A stretch of DNA of 64,000 nt. Source: Acanthaster planci (Eukaryota). Positions 11,301-23,956 of this stretch are shown piece after piece. The DNA is taken from assembly GCF_001949145.1 (NCBI RefSeq), contig NW_019091357.1:3014859-3078858 (forward strand). The letters run 5' to 3'. The position numbers were made by a program, and so were the translations under genes. The notes below the pieces were generated by a model. The model worked only from the letters and a program-made list of their open reading frames with translations, was not told the origin of the DNA and did no database searches. Numbering within the stretch: position 1 is the first letter of the stretch; each line of letters opens with the position of its first letter.

Positions 11301-14300
11301 GAAACCGGAATACCCGGAGAAAACCTGCGAGAGCGAGAATGGACTGGAAACCACATGCACTTAAAAGCCTGGGCCAAGCCGGGACTTGAACCCATGCCTC
11401 ATTGGTACAAAGCGAGGAAAGAACCGCTACGCTAACCCGCTCCCCCCTCTTAGATCAGCTTGGCGCTTTCATTCTCGTAGACCGTAGGGAAAAGAAGACA
11501 GCCCCAAAGCTGCATGATAAGGGAAATCATTTCCAACCCATCCTAATTCCTGTTTTGCAGTAAAGGTGGACCCCCTCTATTGTGTCTTCTTTTGTGTTGA
11601 TGGAATCTTTGGAACTCCTTTCAGATTTCGGAGGGGTGCAGTAGGCACAATAGCTTTAGGGTATACAGTTTGTGCATCACATTGGGGGGGGTCCCCGTTA
11701 CCGCACATCGTGCTTGGTATCGTTTTCCAGGTTAAGTACAAAACACTAGGTATCGTGTTATAGAGAAAAATACAAAAGAAATACAGCGGGTTCCTGTACT
11801 CATTGGGATAACAATTAACAGTGACTGTTCGAAGTTTGGGATAAACAGAGTCTGGGACCTATAAAGTTTTATCTAGACCTATAAGTAAATATCATCTACG
11901 TTTGCATAATAAGCGTGTAGTTAAAAGTGAAGAAAATGTAATTGAATACCTAATTGAAAGAAGGGCCCAACAAAACCTTCTTTAAGTTCAAAGAACAAAT
12001 CTGAATATTTTTGAAGAAGTTGAAAAAGAAATCAATTAACTCTTCCAGTCCAAAATGGTGGAGTGGTTGTTGTTTCTTTTAATGAGGTATTCAATCGTGA
12101 TAGAAACCCTCTGCCCCGGCTTTACTCTGTCATCTATATTTTCTCAGATACACAAGCAACTTGTACAATGAGAGTGTGTGGAATGGTTTCCTCACTGGGG
12201 ACTTTTTCTCCAAACTGAAAGAAGCTGATTTTTCTCTTCTTTTTTCCTCCCTTCTTAACCCGGCTATCATGGGAAAGAATGTCCAATAGCTGAGAAAAAA
12301 CGGACACAGAGCAGGGCACGAGACTAAAGACGCACAGCCGGAGGCGATCAGGGCACGTGCTGGCTCGTGCGCGGCGCGTGCGGGCTTCTGCCGCGTGCAG
12401 CTCGCGTGCGGGCCGCCCCAACAACTGCCCCCCCCCCTCGCCGTCGATAAAGCGCACAGACACTGCGGAGCAAGCGGGGTCGACGCTGATGCGATTCGTG
12501 CCAATAGGTCAAAAGCATTAATGTTTATACAGAGCTCCCTGTTGTCTGCACAATGGTTTAGTAGCTGCCGTAATGCAACAGTCTGCGGCCAGAGCGCATG
12601 AAAGCGATTATGAATCGAAAAGGGCCGGCAGAGCATAATACATCCGATACGGTACATGTGCGTATAATCAAGGGCATTGAAAGTAGAATTTAAAGGGTGC
12701 GCTTGCTTCTTAAGCTTTGAAACCCACAGGGCCAAGGGGGGAGGGGTAGTCAGGCTTCAGGATTAAATTTACAAAGAGCCGTTTCTGTCGTTTGAATCTG
12801 CACAGGCGTGTACTTATGCAACAGGTCTTGCCGGAGTCCTCACGGGGAGATCGTCACCATCCGACCTGCCACGTCCGACCGTGCCCGCCGCAAGCAGGCC
12901 GACAAGAAATGTCCCCGGCCCGGTTGCGAGGGGAGACTCTACCATGTGGCCTGCGCTGGAAAGAACGGTTACCCAGTCACTCACTTCTGGCGAGTGACAG
13001 GTGAGGGAACTACTTGCACCCCCCCCACACACACGGTTATTTCATGCCCGATTGTATTCTCATTGTAATTAACACAGCACAGCCGATAAGGGCGACTTAC
13101 ATGGGCCCAATGTGGACAACTTTATCATGGATTAACAGGGACTGGCTTTGAGCACCTCAAAGAAACAAGCAGATGGTTGTTTACCCAAACTATTACTGTC
13201 TACAAAAGCTGTGTACGATTTATGTTTTATTTTTTCCCCTTTGTTTCCACCCCCCCTTAAAAAAAGACCAGCCGTTGTAGAGAGTACTTGCTTTCCCCGT
13301 CTACAAAACTCTGAGAAAGAATTACCATGGTATGAACCTAACGGGCTCAAACGAAAGGCCCTTGAGTAAGAATTGAATTCATAAACTTAACGCATATTGC
13401 TAGGGTTTGACTTCTCTGTAAATGTGAATTATGTGAAAAAATTTATAGAGAAACCATGTCTGATATTGGCCTCCTTGTTAAAAACCCCGATGGAGATAGT
13501 CGGCAGGGCTACATCTTAATTTTGGACACTTCCGGTTTTTTCTGCGCAGAATCCGTGATCATTTTCCAGTCCAAGGGTCGCCACGATCACCCACGCCCAG
13601 ACGTGGTCAAGACACCCTCTGTCGCCAAGTTGGCCTTGTTCGAGTACCACCGGGCGCACAAGCACGAACGACCGAAGGACATCTGTAAACGGATGGTAAG
13701 TCGACTTGACATGTTCCAAAGAGAGACAGAGCTTTTGGTTTAGAGCATACTTTTTTTATCCAGCAGGCAGCTATTTTGTAGATGGTTTAAAAGTATCACA
13801 TTTTCGTCATAATGAAACTCTGGAAAGGAACTTCGTGGTCAGCGCTTTCTTGTCTTTGCTTGAGAAGTGGGCCCTACAGTCGAAACAATCCATTATCGCA
13901 TCATTACAATCATCACTCATGTAAGCAGAAAAAAAGTTATCTTCAGCGTAGTTTCGGAGTACAGCCGGCAGGTTTCAAGGAAGTTGACTTTCGGTGTGCA
14001 GACTGACAAAATGCTACCTTAAACCATGCTACCCCCTCTCCCTGCACTTAAACATAATTTACTCTATCGGCGAGATTTCTTGTCATTGAAGATTCTTCTC
14101 TGCCGTTCGTTAGTTTTATTAATTGAGAAGCAAAATCATTCACGGGTTCATTCCGACAGGGTGTGCACATCCACAAGTCCTTCAGCCGGGTGGACCGCGT
14201 CGCTCGCCAGCTGAGGGAGGTGCAGACGGTCCTGGCCAAGAACGACAAGGGCGTCGACAAGAAAGAGGAGAAGGAGACACCCAGCCACGGCTACTCCCTG

Positions 14301-16658
14301 CGGAGCCCGCTGACCCGGATGTGGGCTTCGCACCACCACCACCACCACCATCACCACCAGAAACTCGGCCCCAGTGACCCCCAGCAACAAGTTAGGCCAG
14401 GTGAGACACAACCACCTGCCACCTGTCCCCTGTTCTGCGGCTGCGGGGATCGTGATAGTTATGGAGACCAAGGCAGTCACTGCGAGCCCCCCCCACGTCT
14501 TTGAGACAACCGGTGTCCATAAAAGTCTCGTCCAACTACCGTCATTTGCAAAAGTTTAGGGCCACTCATAGAAAATGCATTTACCTGAAGAAAAACCAAC
14601 ATGAACCAATTCATCATAGCAACTTAATGTCTACTTTCAATGTGTAACCTTAATGTCTTGGTTGAACAGCTATATATTTGACTATACATTTCCACGATTT
14701 GAAATGTTAACAGTCTAACAGTTAGTGTTGCCCCCACCGTTTCTGGTGACTTAAACTGGCTTTTTACCCAAGCTGCATTACAGACAAAATGTCATATACA
14801 AAATCTGCCTTTGCAGAAAAAAATTCATTCAAATGGGCTCGCAGCACTATCTCGATGTTATGGACCACAGTGAAAAGATGTTATGTAATCATTCAATGAG
14901 ACAATGTAACGCAGGCCAAGCAACAACAGAAATACCAACAAAATTCCAGGTGGTCTTAAAACTTTTGCAAATGACTGTATCTCTAGCAAAAAAATAATCG
15001 TTTCTACAACGCGCTGCTAGCCAGGACAAAAAATGGGCAAACACTTGGTGACATCAGGGACGCTGCTAATAAGATTCTATTTAAGCACTTACTACTCTCA
15101 GTTGGCACAAGGCTTAGCTACACAACTGATTTGTGTTTGCTTGTGGTGAAGCGCTTGCATTGAAGCGCGGGTTTGTTTGTGTTAAATATTATAAAGCAAT
15201 TATTTAGGTTAAGGAACTGATTATTTTGCTCTTGCAGGTTTGACTATACCAGCTGGTGGCATGAGGCATAACTCTCTTGGCTCGAGTTACCAGGATCAAC
15301 CCCAGTACGAGTCATGGGCAGGCAACTACTTCCCTCAACAACACGGGTTACAAAGCGACTACCAACACGGCTACCTGGCGGGCTACACGCCGACTCAGCT
15401 GCCCTCCGACTACTACCACCACACCGGCATGTACGCCGGATACCAGGTCGCCTCCTCGGCCGGGAGCATCGTGTACGACTCGGCCATGGAGCTGGAGAGC
15501 TACGGCACCCCGCTGCCGCCCAAGGCAGACCCCTTGCCGGAGGGAGGCCGGATGACGGAGCTCACGGTCATGAAGGAATCCCCCAAACAGCCAATGGCCT
15601 CACTTAACGGCACACCGACACTCGCCACCGTCAAGTCGGACTCTTCCATGGCCCACACCGGTGACGGGAACCTGGATCTCGCTAGCTTGCCGTTGAGCCA
15701 TTCCAGCGGTTCCCTGCTGTCCCCTTCTGGTCATGGCCCCCTCAAACGCAGCCTTCCTCCCGCTCTCACCCACATCGAGGCCAAGCAACCGAAGTTGGAG
15801 CAGTCGGGAAGCCTCGAATCTCGCAACCCGATCAAACTTACCGAGCAGACGCCAGGCATCAACATCGACATGTCGTCCTTTTCCGACATCTTCGACATCA
15901 GCGCCTCTCTGGGCGAGGAGGGACTGGCCGGCCGGCCCAAGACGCCCGTGTTCCACGCCCCATCGCCCCCAGTTTACGAGAGTCCCCAGAAGCCAACAGG
16001 GGCAGCCATGAGCAGCGACAGCACCCCCCTGTCGCCGTCAAGCTCACAGGGCGAAGCGACGGCGAGGTCTCAGACCCCCGTCTCCGTCAGTGTGGCCAGC
16101 TCACCCCGCACCAGCCATGACTACAGCAACGACGCTGAACCCCCCCTTGCCAGCCCCTCGGGCTTCAAGTACCGTCAGCTGATCCACCACTCGCCGAGCG
16201 GGCCCGTCCTAACCGAGCTCAGCACCCACCCTCACCAAGCCCCGTCCAATCCCGCGGAGGACGAGAACGGCACTTACATCGACTTCCTTGTGTCCATGTA
16301 CCTGAAGGACAGCGAGAAGCCCATCTCGACGCTCAAGAACGAGCTGCACGTCTACACCGAGCGAAACAACCAGAAATCGCTGGCTTTCCGTGCCGAGCAG
16401 GGCTTGCAGTTCACCCCGCACCTCAAGTCGCCCACCTCCTCGCAGTTTGACTTCAGTTGGTACGACATGGACCGTCGCAGTCAGCACTTTCGCGCCGCTT
16501 CCTCGACGCAGACCAGCCTAATCAGCCCCCTCAACATCGCTGGACAATTCGACTTCACCTCGCCATTTATTAAGGATCAATCACCAGACACAAGTCGGGT
16601 TTTATTCATGCGAAACCCGCCCACCAATACAGTGTCGTTGAACCGACACGTTTACTAG
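5099..16658 (+). CDS. gcm: Glial cells missing transcription factor, spliced model join(5099..5380,5842..5986,12806..13000,13550..13695,14160..14400,15238..16658), ~809 aa
   Basis: GCM-domain signatures are present: [46 protein letters not shown]. All introns are GT-AG with compatible phases (0,1,1,0,1), and the total is 2430 nt with one terminal stop. The start ATG at 5099 is the least certain part. Confidence 0.93.
5842..5986 (+). CDS. gcm: gcm exon 2, N-terminal part of GCM domain
   Basis: Acceptor ttgcag|TTT; encodes [48 protein letters not shown]; donor G|gtaagt. Confidence 0.95.
11175..11447 (-). mobile_element. tRNA-derived SINE with V-domain-like core (gcm intron 2)
   Basis: B-box GGTTCAAGTCCC (11381-11392, - strand), GGTTTTCTCCGGGTATTCCGGTTTCCTCC core, A-rich tail toward 11175. 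Confidence 0.75.
12806..13000 (+). CDS. gcm: gcm exon 3, Cys-rich zinc-binding part of GCM domain
   Basis: Acceptor gcacag|GC; encodes GVYLCNRSC...[46 protein letters not shown]; donor G|gtgagg. Confidence 0.95.
13550..13695 (+). CDS. gcm: gcm exon 4, end of GCM domain (HDH) plus extension
   Basis: Acceptor tttttctgcgcag|AA; encodes [18 protein letters not shown]...ICKRM; donor ATG|gtaagt. Confidence 0.95.
14160..14400 (+). CDS. gcm: gcm exon 5 (contains His9 tract)
   Basis: Acceptor ttccgacag|GGT (phase 0), donor CAG|gtgaga (phase 1); GC-rich coding composition. Confidence 0.88.
14539..14977. mobile_element. Tc1/mariner-type MITE, copy 2 (gcm intron 5)
   Basis: TIRs CCGTCATTTGCAAAAGTTTAGGGCCA ... 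TGGTCTTAAAACTTTTGCAAATGACTG, TA flanks, shared internal CAGAAATACCAACAAAATTCCA. Confidence 0.88.
15238..16658 (+). CDS. gcm: gcm terminal exon, Tyr/Pro/Ser-rich putative transactivation region
   Basis: Acceptor ttttgctcttgcag|GT, 472-codon ORF ending TAG; AATAAA signals downstream at 16831, 17011 and 17225. Confidence 0.9.
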
Positions 16659-18782
16659 AACTGTCGTCGACGAAGTGGGTGTGACTGTATTGATATTAAA
16701 CTCGGCATTTCTCTCAGTGGAGTCTAACCGCACCACTAAATTTCGTAATTTCAAACTTTAGCTAAACTAGATTTTCTCGCACTGTGTAATATTGAAAGCT
16801 TACATATGATTATGATTTCACTTTAAAAAAAATAAATTATTATGTTAATTCTTTGCGTACAGGTTGAATTTTCGAAAATCAGCTGAGATGAAATTATTCC
16901 ATCGTTTTACAAAGAGATTTGTGCAGCTACAAATGTACATAGAAAGTGGTATAGCGTTCATATTTACGGTAAACTATTTATTGCTTAATATGAATATTTA
17001 TTTCGTCGTGAATAAAAGTTTCACACCAAATGTGCGCATCGCGCAGACCCTGTTAGTAAGCTTCAGACACAAAAAAAATAGTTGTATGTATTCTATCAAA
17101 AGGGACTCATTTGCATATGAATGCTTCACGCGGCGACTTTGTTATCCAACGAAAGTGTGCGGCCACACTGCGTGTTCTTTGTGAAGGCTTGACTATCGTT
17201 GAGTCGTGTGGAGTGAGTCGTAAAATAAATATGCGGGCATGATTTCGCTCATGTTGAATGGATTTTTTCCCTTTTTTTGAGTAAAATACGATCGACGTTA
17301 TAACAACACCACGGGACATGCCAGCCCCATTAACTCAAGCAACTCTAGTTTGAAGGAAAGCGTATTTCGGGGTTTACTTTTGTTTTCGTTGAGTTTTGGT
17401 TGAGTCTTAAGACACTTATGGACATCACTTGATAAAAATTGATGAATCACAGGACGCGAAGTATAACGCAATAGTATGGAAATTAAGTTAATTTGTTTAT
17501 ATTTAAATCTTCTACCATGTGTGAGCACGCATTTTTAAAGTGTTTATACCTGTATAAATGTATACTATTTACTGAAGATACGAAAAAAAGTAGAAATCTT
17601 TGGAACAGGCCCAAATGGTATTGAAATTATAACCATGTTCTGTGGAACGAGGCCGAGTCATTTTGGAAAAAAAACCAGTAATAATCCGAGATATTTTAAG
17701 AAAGGGACAGACTAATGTTACAGCAGCAGCAGATGTGGCAGCCGCTCACAACGCCCCCAGCATGGCCGACAAAAGACCCCTTTTTTGCTCGTACGGCAAC
17801 CGTCGGAATAGAAGGCCTTTTCAACTTACCTACCCGCATCTTAGCCTCCTGCGTTTTGTTTCACGCCCCGTACAAGTTAGATTTCGTCAAGGAATACAAA
17901 TCAGATGGGTGAAGAATTCGGGGGAGGGGGAATGTACATTTATTCTGCCATCTTTTACAAAATTATTTTGCTCAGAAAAAAATCGTATAGCATTTTTCTT
18001 CAATGGTTCAAATTTAAAGTATATCTATGTTTTATTCGGGGTGGGTGGGTAGGGGATGAAGAATAACGGTTATTGTAGCGTCTGCACATAGTGGCCGTGA
18101 AAACTTGGGCATTATGACTGAACACAGCATTAATGTTGTTCATCTCTTTCTAGCCATATTTTTAAAATGAAAAAAAAATGAAGTACTTGTATTTATCTTG
18201 ACAGTTTTCTTATCAATAAATTTAGGTAGGCAATTTTTTTTTCTTTTTTTTTCTGTTGTCGTTGTGCAATAGGATCTATCGGTTGCATAGATTCGAAGTG
18301 GAAAATCTGTGGCGTGTTTGAGTCATCGATGTCACATTCGCTCGTAGTGGGGGACGCGTTTTTCACAAGTTGCCCCAGGAAAAGTTTACGGAGCGTGAGG
18401 AACGACATCAGGAGGTTGGGTTGGGGCAAAGGTAACATTCTGGTAACGGTCAATGTGACATGTATAGTGGACCCGGCCACATATACCTTGAACAAGGCCT
18501 CTGTATAGGGTCTAAAACTTTTGATTATTGTTTTTTGCTTTCAAGGTATTATGCTTTAGAAATGGTCATTCGTGACTCTTTTTTTTTGAGCGCAGTGCCT
18601 TATAATAAATAGAAAACCAAGGCAGATATGGTTAACAGTTTTTCTGCTTTTAGCGTTACTACCTGCTTCATTCCCCACCCCCATTGTCTTTTGTTTGTTA
18701 TTTGCCGTTTTGCTTATTTGAGGTTTGGGGTTTGGGTGCGTGGGTGGAGGTGTGTGTGGCGGGCGTATAAGCGATCAATTTT

Positions 18783-21700
18783 TCAGCATGTCTTCAAGAG
18801 ATCAAATGTAAAATTGACGTTGTTATATAAGATTACAACATTGAACAGCTGCGGTTCGCGGGAAAAGTACCAGACGAATGATCGTATATTCTGCACCACG
18901 GGGTGAGTTTCGAAATCTGCGCTGTTTGGCAGGCATTTCGGGGTGAAACTGATTCTTGGAAAGGTCATGTCCTAAAACCAGGATAAGGAAGGTAATAAAT
19001 ATCATTACGGGGGTTGATTTACTTGCGTCGTTGAGTGTACAGATTGATTGCAATCTAAACTGCCACAGATGCACAATTGCATTTAACCGGCAGACGTCTG
19101 ATAAAAAAAGCCTGTCGGGTTTTCTGGAGGCTTTTTCAAAGAGAGGGGTAGTTTGTTGTTGTTTCTGCGCTGTAGATTGGGAACGAGGGGCCCAAACTGC
19201 GAGAGAAATGGAGAGGAGAGAGCCGCTCAAGTTTATACCTCAGACGATTAGGTTGCTGCCGTCAAGGGTGTGAGTTTAGTGTGCTTTGGTGGGTATTATG
19301 GGATGGAAAACCTGTTTTTCTTAGAGAGCGTAGGCATTTCGTGAATTTTGTGCACGAGTGGTTTTTCAGCAATGGAAGAGTTTTGGAGTTCCCAGAGAAC
19401 GCAAAGAACTCTAATTGTAACAAGAAGAAGGGGAGGGGGCTTATTTTTTTCAAACATGGACACTTTAAACAAGTCTTGATGTTGCGTTACTAGCAGAGCC
19501 ATTCAACATAATGACCATCGCCGAAACAAATCCTTCATGTTGGATTAGGGCAATTCGGGTTCTGAATGGTTTTCTTGAAAACACCATGTTGAATTGTTCT
19601 ACCAAACAGCAGACCAATTTATCATACTTTGTGATACCATAACACACACCTTAACTTGTTTCTTTCGTGAAATGGTGTCCCGGGAAATCGCAAAGCCCGA
19701 AGTCTGTCGAATCCAATAGGCCAAGCCCTCGAAACAACCCTGGACAGCCATCAACGCGCCGGGCTGGTCCTTTGAAAACAACGTGACCCTAGATCTGAAA
19801 CTGGCCACAATTTATTCCTACATCGTCTCATTATCATTCTTTGCGCTATTGTTATGAAAATATAAATATGTATTCTTGATGTTTTTCAACAAATGGAAGT
19901 CCTAAATATTGTTCAACATAGTCATCTCGCAAGAGGTACTAACTTTCGTCACAAAAGAAAAAAAGATGCATACATTTAATACATCATTGTATGAACTCGG
20001 TACTTCTTTTTTGTTCTGAAATACAGACGCCGCGTATTGTGAATGTGAACTATCATATTTCGATCCCTGATTATGGAATTATGCAAATCTCCCACAAAAG
20101 AGGATGGAGATCGTACGGGGTAAGCCATTTTCGAGCCATTAACGAAAAAACGGGACACGCTCCATAGAACCCTATGCCCGCATATTACCAAAATACGTAG
20201 AAAGATACGGGTAGGAAGGGCTTTCCCGTCGTATTCAGTGCGATATCGACGAGCGTTGTCGATGTTTTTTTTTCGGTTTTGTTTTTGTTTTAAATACTTT
20301 TATTCATGGCTTTTCCAAAAGACAGCGGTTGTAATTTTTTTTGCTGGTACGGTCGCGGGTTTCTGCGCGAGCCAAAGTGCTATAAGCGACTTTATGGTAC
20401 TTTTTGGGGTTGTTTTCTGTCAAAACGAAGTTGAGAAACTTTGTGCGTCCACGTTGGATTTTACCGTGGCCTCGTGGATCTTTTTGTGTAAACGCGTCCA
20501 TTGTCACGAGCCACGGATGGCTTGAACAGGTACACAGTGGGAAAACAGCGGCGGATTTTTTCCCACCGCTTCCGGAGAAAATAGACTTTTAAATTCAAAT
20601 CAGATAAGTTTGAATAAAAAAATCAAAAAGAAAAAACTAACTCACTAAAAGTTGTTTTCGTCTGTGTAAGAGCTTTTAAAAATACTTTTACAACTCATAG
20701 GCTTAGCGGGATCCAGGATGGAGGCCTACGTGTCTCCAACATCCAACGGTTTTTAGCACCAAGATATTGGAATATGGCTTCTGCAAGAACATCGATTTAA
20801 ACCTTAGCTTTTCTCTGTGGAGTTCATCTTCCACCATAGATAACATTGCTTGAAAGAATGGCCACCTTTATATGCTTATTAAACTGATGACCACTTTATT
20901 TTTTTTTCAATTAACCGTCAAATAATTCAGACGCATACAGGTGAACAAAATGAATACATGTAAATCGTTTTGACATAATAATAATATCTTTTGGGGGCAT
21001 TAATTTAAAAAATTGGGGGAAATAAAAAATCCTGTTTTCGAAGCTGATCACAGACGGAAGAGCTTGTGTTGTTGGCGTCCCCCCCAAAAAAGAGAATAAA
21101 GATTTATTGATATAAATTACCATATCTAGGATTGTAGTGATTTATTTATTGATTGGTGGGTGTGGATGAAAAGATGGAATGGTATCAGTTCTGACTTGTC
21201 TCCCGTGGGCGGTGGTTTGTAAACTCCAAGGGCCTCACTCACTCTGCAAATACGGCCCGCGTATTCTCTTCCCGCCAAGGTATAAAGCGAACGTTTTACC
21301 GGCATTGTAACTTGACTTCAACACCCACACGTCCACTGAAGCAAAGGTCGAGTTGGCCGACTCAACGCTTTGTTTGCTGAAAGTGCTCATGGGGCCTTCA
21401 CGCGTACGCCAACTGTTTTTTTTTTTTTTTTTTTTTTACCGAAGTCCTTATTACGCCATCAACCGGTGGCACAAGTGTCTGACTCTTAACTGCCACCAAA
21501 CTTCCATTTTCTTCACGTGTCCATGACACGACACACCCATTCATTGTCTTCTTGAAGTGTATTGACACAAACAACACGTACATTACTCACGCGCTCAATA
21601 GTGCGTGCTTTTAAGTTGGTTTAGGATACACCAGAGGGCGCTGTTTATAGCTACGGGTCACAGCTGTTCGCGGAGAGAGTTGCGACGTGAGCATCACCCG

Positions 21701-22609
21701 TCGTCGGAAATGGAAACAAACTGGCAGGTGCATGACAGCTGGTTTACATATGCAGAACCCACACGCTTGACTGTACTCAAAATGAACAGCCATTTTGTTT
21801 CCAAAATCTGGAGCTGGCGCCGCTATCGTCTCTAGCGCGGAGGAATACTGGACCTCCAGCCTGAATCAAAATTAACAGGACCGCCCAGCACAAAGCACAT
21901 GCCGTGTGTTCAAACTTATGTCGCAATCGTTTGATCAGCAATGGCAGTATAGCAATACGAAAGTTTGTGTTATCCTTTTGTCTGTTTGCTCACACATTTT
22001 TATTTTTAAAGTAGACATCCGTGCATAGGTATTCATAACGGAACGACATTGCCCCAGATAGGCCCACATCTTGTTCCTCCTGACTTATCTTTAGCACCAG
22101 GAGACATCAACCCTTAATGAGCCAGGATGTGGAGTATTGTACAAAGGGGTGTGACCCTCTCCAAAAGAGCTTGGCCGCGCAGTAAGGGATTCGACAATAT
22201 TTGACATGCATACGTGAAGTCACTTGGGCGTACCCTGTTTATCATGTTACGCGAGAACTGCAGGACGAAATCCAAACGAGCTGACCCAACCCTGTTTTTA
22301 AAGGGGTTTCAACGTGGGCCTTTAAACAGCTCATTGGAGAGTTTTGTCCTCGTTTCAGATTTTCGAGGAGGAAATTTTGATTGTTATGTCGCGCTTGAGT
22401 TTTATCAGTACCCAACACGCTGATTTCCTCCTGACAACGACAGAGGGCGGCAGGCCGCAACAGCTGGTCAGGAACACAAACGCGATCGCCAGTGCAGCTG
22501 ACCTGTGTCTTGTCATCGTGAATTCATCTGCAGCCTGGAGCAGTGGCGTGCATTTATTTGGGGAATTTTTCGAGACAGCGTTTTTGGTTGGGGGCAAGTA
22601 CGGTAGCAT
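18783..22609 (-). other. Candidate minus-strand multi-exon gene or pseudogene (possible secreted protein); exon-like blocks 22609-22412, 21335-21243, 20780-20730, 19794-19650, 18971-18783
   Basis: Canonical AG/GT borders, open frames and a signal-peptide-like MTRHRSAALAIAFVFLTSCCG. The model needs a frameshift near 22450, and one phase link is missing. Confidence 0.35.
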
Positions 22610-23380
22610 CTGAAATTAGGTGCTAATGGAGATACCACACTGCAGGGGGTTTCGAAGACAAGCAAAGCCAAGCGACGCTTAAAATAAATATTTTTTTTAA
22701 TGGAAACAGAACCAACTCAACCATGTTTGTGGAGCATTTTTAGGAGAGATTGAGCGACCTTCGTCTGGGCACAAAAACGGTGCTCGTACATGTAGCTAGA
22801 CACAATATTTTGGAGTTCCGGTTCTGAGAATGAACGTCTTTGTCGCACAATTAGTTCATCCCTGAGGAAATCTGCATGGGCGTCGTCTGGATTTGGGAGG
22901 AGGAGAGGGGGTCACCCTTGCGGCGTCCCAATAAATCTAACCTGGAGTTCTCGGCTCGGTAATTTCTTAACGAGCAGGTGGGTAAGGAACGGGGGATGTG
23001 GGCACTTTGGTGTAATGTTGTATACGGTTATTATCCCAACAAACCCGAGATGGAAGGAAGGGTCCCAAACAAGAATGTTTTCAAGCCGGTAGAGCAAAAA
23101 CGAAGACGTGGAGAGTGTAACACACTATGAGTATCTTGTGGCTTAAAATTAATGACGAACATTTAAACTGAAACAGAAATAAGCACAATTTTGCCGTAAA
23201 GCTAATCAAAGACAGTACTTCTCACGCAAACTCAAATCTTTTCAGGTTGACTGGGATTACTTGTTCTATGAGATTGTTATCCAGTCAATTATTACATTTT
23301 CCATCATTGTTTGGTGTAACTGTGTGACAAATGGTAATTTGAAAAAAAATAAAGAGGATACCCAGAACTGCCAGTAAAGT

Positions 23381-23850
23381 TTGATTGGTAGTGACGTGAG
23401 AGAGGTAAATGACGTTTACGAAAAGGCTCTGTTAGCCGAATTTGACATGATTTGTGCTGATCAGTCGTATCCTTTTCTGAGATTCTCTACAGCAGGTCTT
23501 GGAGGATTGTGGTACCTCAATACACGTATCAATCGCTTGGCATTTTCCTTTCTACCACGTGCAATCCGTGCCTTTAATAACAACTTCAAACGACAGGGAT
23601 CTCAAATTCACTAATATTTGGAGGTCTTTATCAATTAGAACACTTTGTATTGAGCTGAGCCTCACTCAGGTCTGCATGCATGCATTTTTTTTGTAATTTG
23701 TAATTGTTATAACTTATATCTCAATGCTGTCCCTTTAAGAATATCTATATATTGATTTTATTATATGTAATGATTATGAAATGACTGCAGCTGGAGAGAA
23801 GAATTTCACGTTTTAAATGGGATGAATAAAAACAACGATGAATGATGATA
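23381..23850 (+). mobile_element. 3' remnant of a LINE retrotransposon
   Basis: Translation NTRINRLAFSFLPRAIRAFN resembles the RTxRFxxSFxPxAIRxxN end of CR1-group (L2/Rex-Babar) ORF2, followed by an AT-rich UTR and AATAAA near 23825. Confidence 0.6.
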
Positions 23851-23956
23851 TCCCAACGAGCATGCATGACATTGATCAGTAGAGTGAACTATGCAGTGGG
23901 GATCCGGAGCACATGCATAATGAACTTGTGCTAGACTGGATGCTACTCAGCCAGAA

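Noticed and set aside
21780..21860. Somatostatin-like FWK...C peptide from the alternative - strand splice
   Set aside because: The Cys-Cys ring is far too long and the splice is unsupported; probably coincidence.
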